A model generated the notes under the pieces. It made no database searches and had not been told where the DNA came from. It saw only the letters and a list, made by a program, of their open reading frames with translations. Positions 36,301-48,670 of a stretch of 64,000 nt of DNA are shown in pieces; the first letter of the stretch is position 1, and every line of letters begins with the position of its first letter. The stretch is from Selaginella moellendorffii (lineage: Eukaryota > Plantae > Lycopodiophyta). The translations under genes and the position numbers were made by a program. The stretch covers positions 79,011 to 143,010 of the forward strand of contig NW_003314428.1 of NCBI RefSeq assembly GCF_000143415.4, in the 5' to 3' direction.

Positions 36301-36840
36301 GACTGCTAATCAATAAAGTGCTTGCAATTCTTATCTATGTTGAAGATAATGTTTTTTTACCAGATAATTATGCATGCATTATAAAATAAATGAATAAAAA
36401 TGATTTTCCAATTCCACCTATGGTAGAAGTTGGAGATGGAGGTGAAGACTCATATCAAATGCATGGGGGCCAAGTGTGAGTAGCAATAATATTCTCCTTA
36501 GCTGCTAGAAAATTTGCTTCTCGCTCTTATTATTTAAAGCTTTGCATACTTTGTCAGAAACTTGTTGTTCATCTTTATTTGGCAAACTTCTTTCTTTTTA
36601 ATGTCATGATATTCAAACTCTATATTCTCATATGTGTAAGTATTATCACTTTTGACTACTTGATATATATGTGGCATGGAGATATCAAAAGCTACAAGGT
36701 ATTTTCTATGTTGACCAATTAAAAGAGACAACTCTTGAAGTGTATGAATGAATGTAATGTGTTTGGTGTCAAAATTATGGATTAAATCCTCATACATATC
36801 AATCTTATATTTATTTCTATAGTTTATTTGGATCATTCAT
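33376..36840 (-). mobile_element. Helitron relic 1 (3' end plus degenerate PIF1 helicase)
   Basis: Minus-strand 3' end: short hairpin then CTAG at 33376-33379, similar to the 42662 end. Degenerate helicase motifs GGITVVIDGDFRQ (~36060-36100) and PIFGHG (~35300-35322). Confidence 0.7.
33697..34240 (+). mobile_element. TRIM-like miniature LTR element
   Basis: ~150-160-bp direct repeats (33697-33845, 34078-34240). PBS TGGTATCAGAG at ~33848. TSD GCATT/GTATT. Short non-coding interior. Confidence 0.7.
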
Positions 36841-36869
36841 CTCATAAGAGAAAATTATCCCAAAAAATA

Positions 36870-37509
36870 AGCAAACAAGGAGCTATACTATGCCTTAGGT
36901 TGGTTGGCCATGCCTGACCTACCCACTATCCCTACTATAGCCCCCTCCCACGCTCACTAGTATGAAAACATGCTTTTGGCTTTCACCACAGTCCTAGGGA
37001 TTAGTCTCTAGGACAATCATGAAAACTTATTAAATCTGGAATGATGTTAGATTGTAAGTTTAGACACGGGAATAACACCATTATGTTTAGAACAATCTCT
37101 ACATTTCATAGATATGCCTAACTTGCAAATTTAGACACTTTCATAATAGTCAGTAGGACCATATAGGACCAACATATGAAGAATGATAGTGAGAGTGTCT
37201 TGGCAAACACAGTAAGCTATCATCTAGCATATATTGAGAGGCCAAGCCTAATATAGTGGGGGTTCTGAACACTAGCAAGTGCAAGCTAACATATGAGTTT
37301 CTCATCTTAGGCTAAGTATGCTCAACATACTTAGGAGTTCCTACCTTATATTTATCTTAAATAAGTGTATATATAATGATCAGTTTCTCAATTAACTTGG
37401 GTAGAGACTGATAAAGTGTCTGACCTTTTGCTGTTATGGTAGTAAAAGAAGAATATTTGAAAGGACTTATCAACAGGTACTTTTTGATACCCACAATCAC
37501 ATTTGCGAC
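36870..37509 (-). repeat. Degenerate partial family A LTR
   Basis: Reverse complement of the first ~700 bp of LTR A; ends ATCACATTTGCGACA. Confidence 0.75.
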
Positions 37510-38283
37510 ACTAAATATTTTATCCTTATATATCCCCCAAGGTTCCATATATCCATTGTGACAATATATCTAAATCTCATCCTATAATCACACCTCTCTT
37601 TAGAAATATCAATGTTCTTATTGACCATTGACTAACAACCCCTATTAAGCTAAGGAGAACCAATACCTCCATTTTTGCAGTGAATATACCAATCATTCTA
37701 TTGTATAAATTAACTATTCTATGTTGTAAACAACCAAAGAGAAAGACTCGAGAGACGATCCATAGGGGTTCAAATATAGAGGGAAAGGGCCCATGAACAA
37801 GAGTGCACCACTTTTTCCAATTGGTTAAAGGTATTGGGATACTTAGGGTTAAATGTCCTTGGGTTTAAATAATACTAAGCTAAGTGACCTCCTAAAAATT
37901 CCAAATTTAGGAGCTTACACATGTGAGGCAATTAATCATCTAGTCGTACTACAGTCTCACAATGAAAACCCTTCATCTATAAATGCTTTACAATACAAAG
38001 GATGTACTTATGGATGCCTAATATATACAATTCCAAGTTTAGGGATAGGAATATATATCTTACTCAAGGGTATATTATATTTTAAGTAACCATTAATCAA
38101 TAGGAATGTTATTTTCTCTAATACAACAACACCCTATTTCTCTCTCCTTAAGCCAAATAAAAAAGGGGTAATTTTTTTTATGAAAGAGCCCTAATGGCTA
38201 TTTTATTCCCATATATCCCTCAAGGTTACAAGGATCCATAGTGACATTATATCCAAATTCATCCTATGATCATATACACTACA
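37510..38283 (-). mobile_element. Second TRIM-like copy (reverse) carrying a family D solo LTR at ~37724-37920
   Basis: 38121-38283 is the reverse complement of the 34078-34240 LTR. 37724-37920 matches the 194-bp LTR at 51233-51426. Confidence 0.6.
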
Positions 38284-38531
38284 TGCCAAAATCTAACTCT
38301 ATCTGGAACTTGGTCTTGGACTCCATCTTGTACTCAGTGTTAATAATTTTATGTGTCATGACACTTGCCATGTGTTAGTCTTTCTTTTATCCTTTTCTAA
38401 AGATTTGCTTATCAATCACTTTGTGTTTGTTTCTCAAGCACTTCTTTGGGAGTTCCTCTTCCGCTCTCAAGTTTCCAAGTTGGACCTTTTGATTCAAATA
38501 TATTATGCTCATTAGGCTTTTGCTTCTGCCA

Positions 38532-38774
38532 CTATCATGTTCATCTATTGATGTTCTGGTTCTTGTGGCATGCATATGTGGAAAACCCCTACCCATAGGT
38601 AAGAGCTCCTTCATTCTCACTTGTGCATGTGTTAGCCTCAGGAATGAGACTCTTTGGTATTGTAGAGAGAAAGAGTAAGAATGAAGGAGAATCAAAGCAC
38701 CTCTTACCTGCAGATAAGGGTTTCCCATATATGCCTGCCACAAGAACTAGAATATAGATGGATGAAAGTGATAG
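38532..38774. repeat. ~240-bp imperfect foldback (MITE-like or hairpin-RNA-like)
   Basis: CTGGTTCTTGTGGCATGCATATGTGGAAAACCCT pairs with AGGGTTTCCCATATATGCCTGCCACAAGAACTAG. Inner arms CTCCTTCATTCT / AGAATGAAGGAG also pair. Confidence 0.75.
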
Positions 38775-38989
38775 AGTATGATCAAATGATTTATTAACTG
38801 TTGAGACAGCACCCCATGGTACTCCATCACAAGCTAAAGCAACATAAGAATGATAAAGCGCAAGAACAAAGGAGCATATCTTGCCTCACTCAGCCAACTT
38901 GCTTAAGTAGTGGATTGGTTGCATATTGATGGCAGACAACTCCACACAAGCAGCTGGATTATCCATGGAAAAATTTAGTAATTAGTACT

Positions 38990-40620
38990 AGGTGTTATCA
39001 TAATTGGAAATGCCTCACCTACCTTCCATGCCTCCCAGAGATGGTACCAAATCCCAAGGCAATGAGGATCACCAGCATTTTAAACTAGTGTGGTGTGATC
39101 ATGGATGTGAATACCTCAGCCTCTAGCCAACTCACATTCAAGTGGGAGGTTGACATGCAGAAGATATTAATTGACTAGACTGATGGTCTCATTGATTCCT
39201 TATTATAACTGAGGTCTTGTATCCATAAATTTTCCAGCATTGATCAAAGCATTGAAGGAGCAAGTTATGCACTTGCCTTGGAGAGGAGACACTCCCCACA
39301 AGGCTCAATCCCGTTGGTGCCAATGTCAAAATGTGTGAGGCCTGGTAGTTTCTTGCAAACAATCAAGATGAAAATGCAATAAAAGTTAAATATACCTCAG
39401 TTCACACTCCTCTTGTTCAAACAAAACTTAAGGAATGTGTGGTAGTGGAGCATGGGTGGCCTTTCTACAACCAAGAAGCTCTGGAGGTCTAGGGATCAAA
39501 TAACCTCTCTATCCTTTGTGAGACTTCCAAAGTATTAGAAAATGTTTTGGATATAATAAACTCACCTGATTGGGTCCTCAAATGAAGGAATTTTGGTTAG
39601 AACCCCAGATAGTATTCATATCCTGCTCAATGAGGTTGAAATCTGTGGCAAAATCACCCCTTATTAGTCTCAGCTGGCCAAAACGTCTTACAGCAGAAGT
39701 GTAAATGTCATAAACAGTGTCCCCTTGCATGTTAGTGCACAATACAGCAGCAACTGCATAGTGGGAGTAGCCATTGATTATTGCATGAACCCAAAGGTTC
39801 CATGATGCTAGCTTACACCAACCTGGAAGAAAAGAAAAATAAACATATAAACACCAAAACTGTTTCTTACTGTCAATGTGCCACATGCATATGGGGGCAG
39901 ATACATTGTACAATTTGCGATCTATCACCTGCCAGAAACATCTCCCATGGGTTTGCAGGTCACTCATAAGAAATGCCTCTCGAACCATCCTCACAGAAAC
40001 CTGTAAAAGGGTCCTATAAACATTCCAAATTCCCTAGTTGCTCCTCTTGAAACTTCACTGCAATCTGTTGTGGATTCTTATGGAGATAGACCCCGTGCCA
40101 TACAAAAAGACATAATGTCTTTCACAAGTACTGCTGGGTGGTGCCTAATGCCCAGCTGATTTGCTTCAAGATTTGATCACACAAAAGATAACGGCAAACA
40201 AGTCTCTTCCACATCCCTAATCCATTCCTCATTGCAAAGGAGGGACCATCCGCCTGTCTCTGTTGTGCTACTGTCGCTATCCCATGAGCTATCCTCGTCA
40301 TCAATAATACTCCCACACTCACTGCCACTGGAATCTACTTTTGTCTGTGCACTAGCTGCACACCTTTGGCGAACGGCCTGCTGGGCTGTAAGACTGCTGA
40401 TGCCCAGGGCCAAGAAACCCTTAACAGCCCTGCAGAGCAATGACCCTAGACTTGTGACCCCGCAATGGTTGTGGCGGGAGCCTGGACCTCTGGCAAGTGA
40501 TGACAGTGGCGTGGAGACCTGTGGCAGTGATGGATGCGACACAGTGGAGCTCAACGGAGGTGGGAGCTCCACAGCGATGGCAGAATGAACCCTACCTGGA
40601 AACCCAACGAGTGACAACAC
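38990..40620 (-). pseudogene. Intron-containing eukaryotic IS3/IS481-like (IS3EU-type) DDE integrase-core transposase relic
   Basis: RKLYNVSAPICMWHIDS..KLASWNLWVHAIINGYSHY...VYDIYTSAVRRFGQLRLIRGDFATDF...NSFI fits the family pattern Y.V.gPn.lWHiDg.hKL..w...ihg.iDGySr...F..av...G.P..vR.D.G.En. Degenerate I.RLW-like segment ~39295-39325. Stops and frameshifts present. Boundaries approximate. Confidence 0.65.
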
Positions 40621-41207
40621 ACTCCAGTGGGAATTTTGAACCTGCTTGCCGCCTAGAATGACTTGTCACCATCAAGTGTCCCGGTGGCTAGGCCCATCCA
40701 AGGTGTCCTGCCCTAAAAACTGATGTCACATCAAAGGGGTGGCAGCTAGGTGCGAAATCAGCTTCACATTGGTCCATGTGCAAAAGGTATGAAACCAAAC
40801 ATGACGTTGTTGCATTTTGTTATGTCTTATCCACAGTCTTCGTCTCTTATTTTTCTGATCAGGCCAGATGTGTCCTCAGCACTTTGTATGAGACAATGAG
40901 TAAAATAAAATTGATAAGATTGCCCACGCTAGTACAAAGTCTGTAGCTGGCATTGATTGCATTCAGACATTTAATATAAAGTACAGGTTCAGACTATCAA
41001 GTTGGATCTTACACGCTGGCCGAATGGATATGAATGAAAAAGTAAACCATCTGCTTAGCTAAGGCATGTCATGCCGACATTTATTATAGCAATGCTTATT
41101 AGCTGAAGCCTCAGGCTTGCAGCTACAGAAACTATCTGTTCATACCTGCAAGTACGGATCATGTAATGAAGTGACGTCCTTTCAGCAATGCCCTAGTTTT
41201 AGGACAT

Positions 41208-41771
41208 ATGGCAATCAAAGCAAATGAACTGCAGCAATGCATTAACATGATTGAGGCGCTGGTCGACACAGAGAGCGAAGCCAAGAATTTCCGGATGCAT
41301 TGTCATGATATCATTAAGTGTGCGCAGTCACTGCATCCAATACTTCTGCGCCTTCAAAAGGAACTACCGGAGATTGTTGACGCAAATGGCACAAAGTAGG
41401 AATAGAAACTGGTTTATATTGTACTTGACTTGTCCAACCATGCAGCCCAATATTCCACAAGCTCAACAAGCTGCTCGAGGAGGCACTTCTCGTTATAAGG
41501 AAAACGGCACAGTTTGGCACAATGGAAAAAATTTTGGATCATGGGGAAAGCAAGCATAAGTTGGATGACATATTAGCGAGTTTGCAATCTGCCTGTCGAG
41601 AGGTAGACCTATATTTTTTGAGAACTTCAGGCTTTTTTATGTTTTTTATCAGATGGATGCTTTTGTTGCTGGCTATGAAAACCTACTTACATTGGGGGAA
41701 TCTAGCAATCCAGAGAAAACATCTATAGTCATTGATGGGGCACAAGAAGATGAGTCACCTCCAACATTGTT
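41208..41771 (+). CDS. Spliced gene (first three exons) with N-terminal four-helix-bundle domain, MLKL/MCAfunc/U-box-N-terminal-like
   Basis: Exons 41208-41395, 41446-41602 and 41653-~41771 with two 50-nt GT-AG introns give an open frame MAIKANELQQCINMIEALVDTESEAKNFRMHCHDIIKCAQSLHPILLRLQKEL..PIFHKLNKLLEEALLVIRKTAQFGTMEKILDHGESKHKLDDILASLQSACRE. Downstream exons unresolved; AATAAA near 42600. Confidence 0.55.
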
Positions 41772-42661
41772 GTGAGTTTTGTCTGGTTTTTGTTTTTTAG
41801 ATAAAGAGTAGTAATTTTCTAAAATATAATGTTACTCTTTATGCTCTCACCCTGGCTTATCCGCTCACTTATCATGTCAAAAACTCAAACGTTGTTAAAC
41901 TATACATTACTTCTCAATTTCCTGAAATATCACAAGCCCAAGGTCCTTTATCGTTTGGTATTAAGGAGCAATGTAATCATGTACGACATGAGGTGTAGAT
42001 TTTAAATTTTTTTTCCTTTTTTGTAAGGTCAGATGACTATCTCAAAAAAAATATAGATTGAAATCGGCTAGCTGCCTATATTTCTGTTTATGTAGATTTT
42101 CATATGGGTTAATTCCTTCCTTTTCAGGGACAGGTATTTGTTATTTGAGGCTCACCGCTGCAGCTCAGATGTGTTGTGCGAGCTTGCATGAGCAGCCTTA
42201 CTAGAAGTATCTTCTTAGGCAAGCCACTGGAGCTTAAACTTATTTCTCCTAGTCAGTTTGTAACTGACCAGGAACTTTCTAGCTTCTCCACTGCGAGAGA
42301 TAAAAATGTGTCTAGAGATTGCAATGGGCAACCTGGATGAGCCAAACGAGGTGCTGGTAGGAGATTGATTTAAAGGTTGGAGTGGCATTCAGTCGCTTCC
42401 AGTCTCGTTTCTTTCAAGGAAAAAATGGCAACTTGGAATTGAGCATATCTAGTATGGTCTTCTCATGTTTTGTTTTCTCATTGTTTCACAACAGTTTTGG
42501 ACCTCAACTCTTACTCATGTCTGTGAGCTTGTCATGGCATATAATGCACATAATACAAAGTATGTCTTGTAATACTATGTAATAAATCTTGTAAATCAAT
42601 AAAATATTTTCTTTTACAACTATTATATAAACTAGCAGATGAAACTGTTTACATAGAAGAA

Positions 42662-45234
42662 CTAGCAAGGATTCCAGCTCCACTGGAATAGATAGGAAAT
42701 TTGTTACATTGGTGACATGAATCCTCTTTGGACATAGACATTATGGTTCTGGAGCACATTTTATCCCTTGCATTGTTCAATGGACATTGTAATTTGTTTC
42801 TTTAGTGTTCCCCTTGAAAGCACAACATAAAGTTGACCGTGGCCAAAAACTGGTTTTGGCAAGTAGATACCCACATTCCGTAATGTTTGTCCTTGAGATT
42901 TGCAAATTGTTATGGAGAACATAAGCTTTTTTGAGAATTGTCATCATTTGAGGATAAATGGCATGTCTCTATCAATCAATTTTAAAGAGATTCTTGGTAG
43001 GAATTTTTTCCCTACCATTATGTAGAATTTCAGCTTCTATAACATTTGGTAGTGCCTTGGTTATAATCAGTTTAGTGCTATAGTGTCGATGTTGCATAGC
43101 AATATTACGATGCATCCAGTTTTTATGTGTGCTTGTGCAGAGGCATTCCAGATGGTGTACTGAGTTTAAGGATTCTATAGGATAGTCCAACGTCTCTTCA
43201 TCAAAATCTGTTTCTATGATGTCAATGATTTTGTATGTTATTGTTCTATCAGTCATTCTTGAAAGGACTTGGTCATTCACTTGTAGAGTGAGATCATTTA
43301 AAGTTGAGAATAGCTTTTTGCAATAGCTTTGGATCATTTTGGTTGTATGTGCTTTCCAAACACATTATCTATCATTTGTTCTCTGGTGGTGGAAGAGGTA
43401 ATTTTATAACTTTCTGGTTGAATCTTTGGAGGCTAGGTAGGTTACCATTTCTGAGCCTCACAAGCCATCGGGACCATTCCTTTTCTTCAGAGTTCACCCT
43501 CATATTAGTGTATAATGAGAACTTTACAAGTTTCCACAGGATTTCATGTTATTTTGGACAATTTGTGTGTGACAGGCTCTTTTTAGAATAGGTAATGTCT
43601 GTCTGAAATCTCCTCATGTTACTAATGTGATGCCACCAAATTTGTATCACAGTTTTTTATGTCATGCAAGACCCTTTTTACAGCTTTAAAAGCATGAATG
43701 GGTACCATGCTTATCTCATCCCATATAAGCAGGTCATCTCTCCTTATGACCTTGGCAGGTGCTGAATTCTCTTGCAGGTCCAAGGTGCATGTTTCTGTGA
43801 TTGGTACTAGTAGCTTAAATGTTGAATGAGCCGTTCGGCCTTCGATAAGAAGAGTACTTGCTCTTCCTGTCCATGTGACCGCTAAGACTTTCATGTCATA
43901 AGCAGTGGCATATTTTATTAGCATGTTAAAATGGTATGATTTAGCCGTGCCTCCAACACCATCAAAGAATAATCTGTTTGTTTCGTTTTGTTTTTTTTTT
44001 TTTTGTATTGCATTCAAGACGTTAAATATGTGAAGTTGTTCCATATTCAGTCTGGTTTTTGGCATGCATGGCACACAACTTGTTTTAGTTGTTTCGTTAT
44101 CTACTACAAAATCTAGATCTGGTAACTTGTAGTTGAAAAGTTTCTTGCCATGTTCCTGGAGTAATATAGACATTTCATGCAATCCATGTTGCACTGCTGC
44201 TTCATACAAGTCTTCATACATGCCTTCCTTGAATTTATCCCATAGTTTTTTTGGGATCAATGAGCTCACAAAACAAACACATGACAACGAATAGATACCT
44301 TACTTTTGCAGGCATCTTAAATGTCAAGAACTCTTTTAAGCATTTATCCCACTCACAATCATCCTGTAGAAGTCCCATTTCTTGTGTGGTAGAATGGTAT
44401 GTGTCATATGCAACACCGTTTAATACCTTTAAATTTCTAAAACTTGTAGCACCTTTTTTGTAGAGGAGCATACATAGGTAGAAACGTTTAGAGTCATGCA
44501 GTGATATAGTGTACATCTACCAACCACCTTGAATGCACGTTGGCATGGTATCCACATTCTATTTCATGGTACAAGAGTGTCCTTGCAAATTCATCGGTCT
44601 TGTTTAGTTCAAACCATTCCATCAGTTTGGTTTTATCACCACTTTGTAATGCAATCTCTTCCTCACCTTCATTGAAATAAATACTTTAAAGGTTTTCCAG
44701 GTGGATGTCCATTCTCTCGATAAAATGTGATCTCCCATGCAAGTCATATCCATAGATCCTCCATATTCCTTTTGATGTGGAGACATGGTGGCAGTTTTTT
44801 AAAGCCTCTATTTCATCCCAGTCTAGTACTTGTTCAGGAGTTGAATTCTCATCCCTTCGAAGGTGTACCTCTAGACAATCATGTCCCTTATATAATATTA
44901 CTTGACACTTTTTACAGTGGAACACTCCTTGACATTTATGTGTATTCTGTATTTACATAAGAGGTATTTATTATATGGCATGACAAACCTGTTGTTGATG
45001 GATTTGTTCTTTATTAGAATGATATGTCCTTCTTGGTGCCTTCTATACTTTGGAAACTGACCCTTGACATTCTGAATTTCTTCACAGTAATCTCTTGGGT
45101 AGCGTGACTTATATTTGCCATCCTTCGTGCATGGGCTGTTTAGAAATTCAGGCCCACAAGGGTGGTGTATCATGTGCTTTTTAACCAATTCATACAATTT
45201 TGGGTAGGTATTTCTGCAGTAACTATATTATCTA
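42662..45234 (-). mobile_element. Helitron relic 2, RepHel pseudogene
   Basis: 3' end TTCCAGTGGAGCTGGAA hairpin + CTAG (minus strand, 42662). Rep motifs VKKHMIHHPCG..SPC..VMPYNKYLLCKYRIHINVK..YKGHD. Helicase motifs FFDGVGGTAKS, GRTAHSTFK, IWDEISM. Many frameshifts. Confidence 0.9.
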
Positions 45235-46320
45235 CTATCAAGGAATCCAGCCTCTGCTGGCATAGATAGTAATTATGTTTTATTTAATATTATCATTTGA
45301 AATTTTTTTTATAGACTATGTTTTTTTGTGTACACAATTTTATTTTGCAGGAAACCTTGTTCCTTACATTGTTTGTGTCTTTGATGGTTCTATTCAGAGT
45401 GCAACATAAAGTTGACCGTGGCCAAAAACTTGTCTTAGAAAGAATATCTTTATATTTTACAGTGTTTGTCTTTAGGATTTGCAAATTGTAACAGAGAATG
45501 CAAGCCTTATAGAGAACTACTACCATTTATAATGAATGGCATACCTCCATTTTTTGGTTTCAAAGAGATTCTTGATAGAAGTTTTTTTTTACTTGCATAT
45601 CATTGTATAAGATTTTAACTTCAATGATGTTTGGTAAAGCCTTGGTTATGGTAGTTTATTTGTGTTAATATTATATAAGAGTATTATGATACAGCTGATT
45701 TTTATGTTTAGCTTATGTGGAGGCATTCCAGACGGTGTTCCCAAGTTTCTGAACTCCATAAGATAGTCAAGCATCTTCTCATTTGATTCTGTTTCTACAG
45801 TATCAATTCTTTTGTATGTTATAGTTGCTCATTCTTGAAAAGACTTAGTCATTTACTTGTAGAGAGAGGTCATTTAAAGTTGTGAGAATAGCCTTTCAAA
45901 ATAGGCTTAAGTTGCTTGTCTCTATGTTTTTTTCAAACACACTATCTATCAATTTTTCTCTAGTAGTGGATGTTAGTGGTACTCTGGATGTCTTGGGAGG
46001 TTAGAGAGATTGTCATTTCCTTGGTTCACAAGCCATCTTGACCATTCCTTTTCATCTGGGTTCACTTGTATGTTTACATGAAATGAGAACTTTAGGAGTT
46101 TTGACCATATTAGTGAGGATTTAACACTATTTTGAATGATTTGTGTATGGCAAGCTCTTTTAAGAACAGGTAAGGTTTGCCTAAAGTCTCCCCCTGTCAT
46201 CAAATGTGATAACACTGAAATCCTTGTCACAATTTTTGATGTCACAAAAAGCATGTGGTTACCATGTTTATCTCATCCCATATGAGTAATTCAGCTCTTC
46301 AAATATGTTCAGCAGATAAA
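45235..46320 (-). mobile_element. Helitron relic 3 (3' end plus helicase C-terminal half)
   Basis: Related terminal hairpin at ~45235-45268 (CTAT in place of CTAG). GGDFRQTLPV and a degenerate FGHGQLYV segment. Confidence 0.75.
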
Positions 46321-48039
46321 AGAATTTTCTCTTAGGTCCGATGTGTGTGTTTCACAAAAGAACCCTGATATAAATTCTCTTTTTTCATATATATTTAAAT
46401 GATATATTTCTGAAAATATAAATCCAGACTGGTCATAATATAAGGAGATAAGAAAGTAAATTTTGACATACAACACATCAAATAAAAACAAAAAAATATG
46501 CTAATTTTAGTTCTTTAAAGCTATATATAATTGGTTCTTGTTAATGAAATAGCATTAAAACCAGATTTCTCCAATTTTTTATCCTTCTAAACCTGGCAAG
46601 AAAAAAACCACATAGAAAAAACTAAGCTTTCCATTAAAATAAGAAAAGAAAGTGATAGATAGATAGATGCGCATGTTTAAGCATGGGATTGACTCAAAAG
46701 AGCCATGCAAAGAGCTTTTAGAGCTAGGGTCCTATAAAAGCTAGGTTGGATGAGATGAAGCTGTATTTGCTCTGTCTGTAGGAGTCTACTGATTAGTGTG
46801 GCCTTTGATGGATTACCTAGAAAAGTGGATGTAGAAGTCTAGTTATGGAAAGTTTAGATGCAGCCAAAAGCATAGGGGATGTCTTCAACACTACATGTTG
46901 AGACAGTACACTGATGTATAGTAACTTACGAATCAATCTATTCTCTACTACGTTCATGCTCTATATGACTTGCACGATTCAATGCCACGCCACTGACTAT
47001 GCCCACTGTGCTGGCTGGAAGTGTTGTTTGACATTCTGTATTTGGCAAGTGTTCTTCTAATTCATGGTGGAGTAGCTCAAAGCCATAAAAGTGACAAAGC
47101 TTGTGCTTAATGTCACCTACATTCAAAAGAAACACACATACACCACGTACAAATGAATAAATTTGGCACATATGCTTTGAGATGAAGCTCCATTCAGTCA
47201 TGGGAGAGTGAAGTACAGCAGATTAACCATGCATTCAAGCATTTTCTTGATAGTCAGGATTACGACCTTGACACTCAAGGTTACGATCTTGATAGTCAGG
47301 ACTCAGGAAGAAGTGGCGGTTGCCACCATGTAGGAGTAGTTAAGGGGGAGAGTTAGCACTCAACCCCTATCTCTATCTCTATTATATTCTTTATCACTAA
47401 TGCACATCCATTTACTCAAGACTTGGAGTATTCTAGTATGTCAAGCCTATCTTTACTCACAACCACTCGCATGAGCCTTCTTAGGGATTGAAGGTCTTAA
47501 GTTAGTTTCTAATCAACTTGTGTGTTTGGTAGCTTGTTTCAGGGTGAGGATCATTATAATAATGCAAGATCAATGACATCAAAAGCCCTCTGATTTACTA
47601 CAACCACAACAACAAACCATCGCAACAAGTTCTCCATTGAATTCTCTCTTGCTCCTGCAACAAAACTGAAGCAACACTACCTGGCATCTTCACTTAGTTT
47701 TTAGTTGAGCATTTGGATACAGCAGAAATCTGTTATAACAAGACATTTCACAGTGCTATTGGTTATTCTCCATGGGAGATGTTGCAAGGGAATGCTTGTG
47801 GGGTTCCTCAACAGATTGTTGTACCCAAACCATTGTCCATAGGGTTGATCCCAGCTATTGAGACTTATACGGAGCAACTACACTAAGGTTGGTCTAGAGC
47901 TACTAAGGCAATAGGCAAAGCTTAGGAGAGGTATTGATGTGATAAGGATCAGCATCATTACCTGACTTATGAAGCTTTTGTAAATCTTGTAATAAATCTT
48001 GCAAATCAATAAAGTAATATATTTCTATTTTCTCTTGCT

Positions 48040-48670
48040 CTTTAGTACTTGGGTCAGTTTTGGCAAGCTGACTTTGGCACTTCGGTGCATGGGTTCAATC
48101 CATAATCATGGGGATAACTATTATAGACTAATCACAAGTCCCCACCTCTCTCTCGATGACTCATTTTTGAAAAGGGGCATGGTCGTGTAAACAACTTCAT
48201 TTGTCAATTTATAATAGTTTTCTAAATCTTCCCGACAATGTTGATTTCTTGCTCAAGGGAAGTTAGGCCTCTAGCCCTCTTCCTATGTCCTTGCAGGTAG
48301 GGATATACCATTGCTTTGTAAGCAAATGGTATTTGGAGTAGCAAGGGTGGCTAACTCCATTAGTCATTTCTTTGTCAGTGATGGCCGGAGGGTATTTGAG
48401 TCTTAATGTCTTTGGACATAGAGGAAAGGTCATTCCACAACCCACATAGTGTGCTTTCCATTAACTTTTGGATTTGTTTCCTTGATAGTTTGCTAGACTC
48501 AGATATGCATCAATAAGGATGTTGATCTTCCTCTAGGGGAGGAGAGTGTCATGAATGTGACTTCAGGTATTGAAAGATACTTGTCAACCAATACTTAGGG
48601 ACACTTTTTCCTTATTGCCATTACGGTAGGAGGTCGATACGGTTAGTTCCTTTTATAGTTCCCATTTGAG
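48040..48670 (+). mobile_element. Family A 3' internal fragment + PPT + start of LTR (truncated)
   Basis: Colinear with ~8000-8655. PPT AGGGGAGGAGAG, then TGTCATGAATGTGAC at 48547. Confidence 0.8.

Noticed and set aside
38604-38695. Resemblance to miR159/miR319 (GAGCTCCTTCA / TGAAGGAG)
   Set aside because: Match too short and divergent to call a miRNA gene by eye.
46640-47990. Coding-like fragments, including an integrase-like AEICYNKTFHSAIGYSPW at ~47720-47780
   Set aside because: Too degraded to define boundaries or a product beyond probable retroelement debris.
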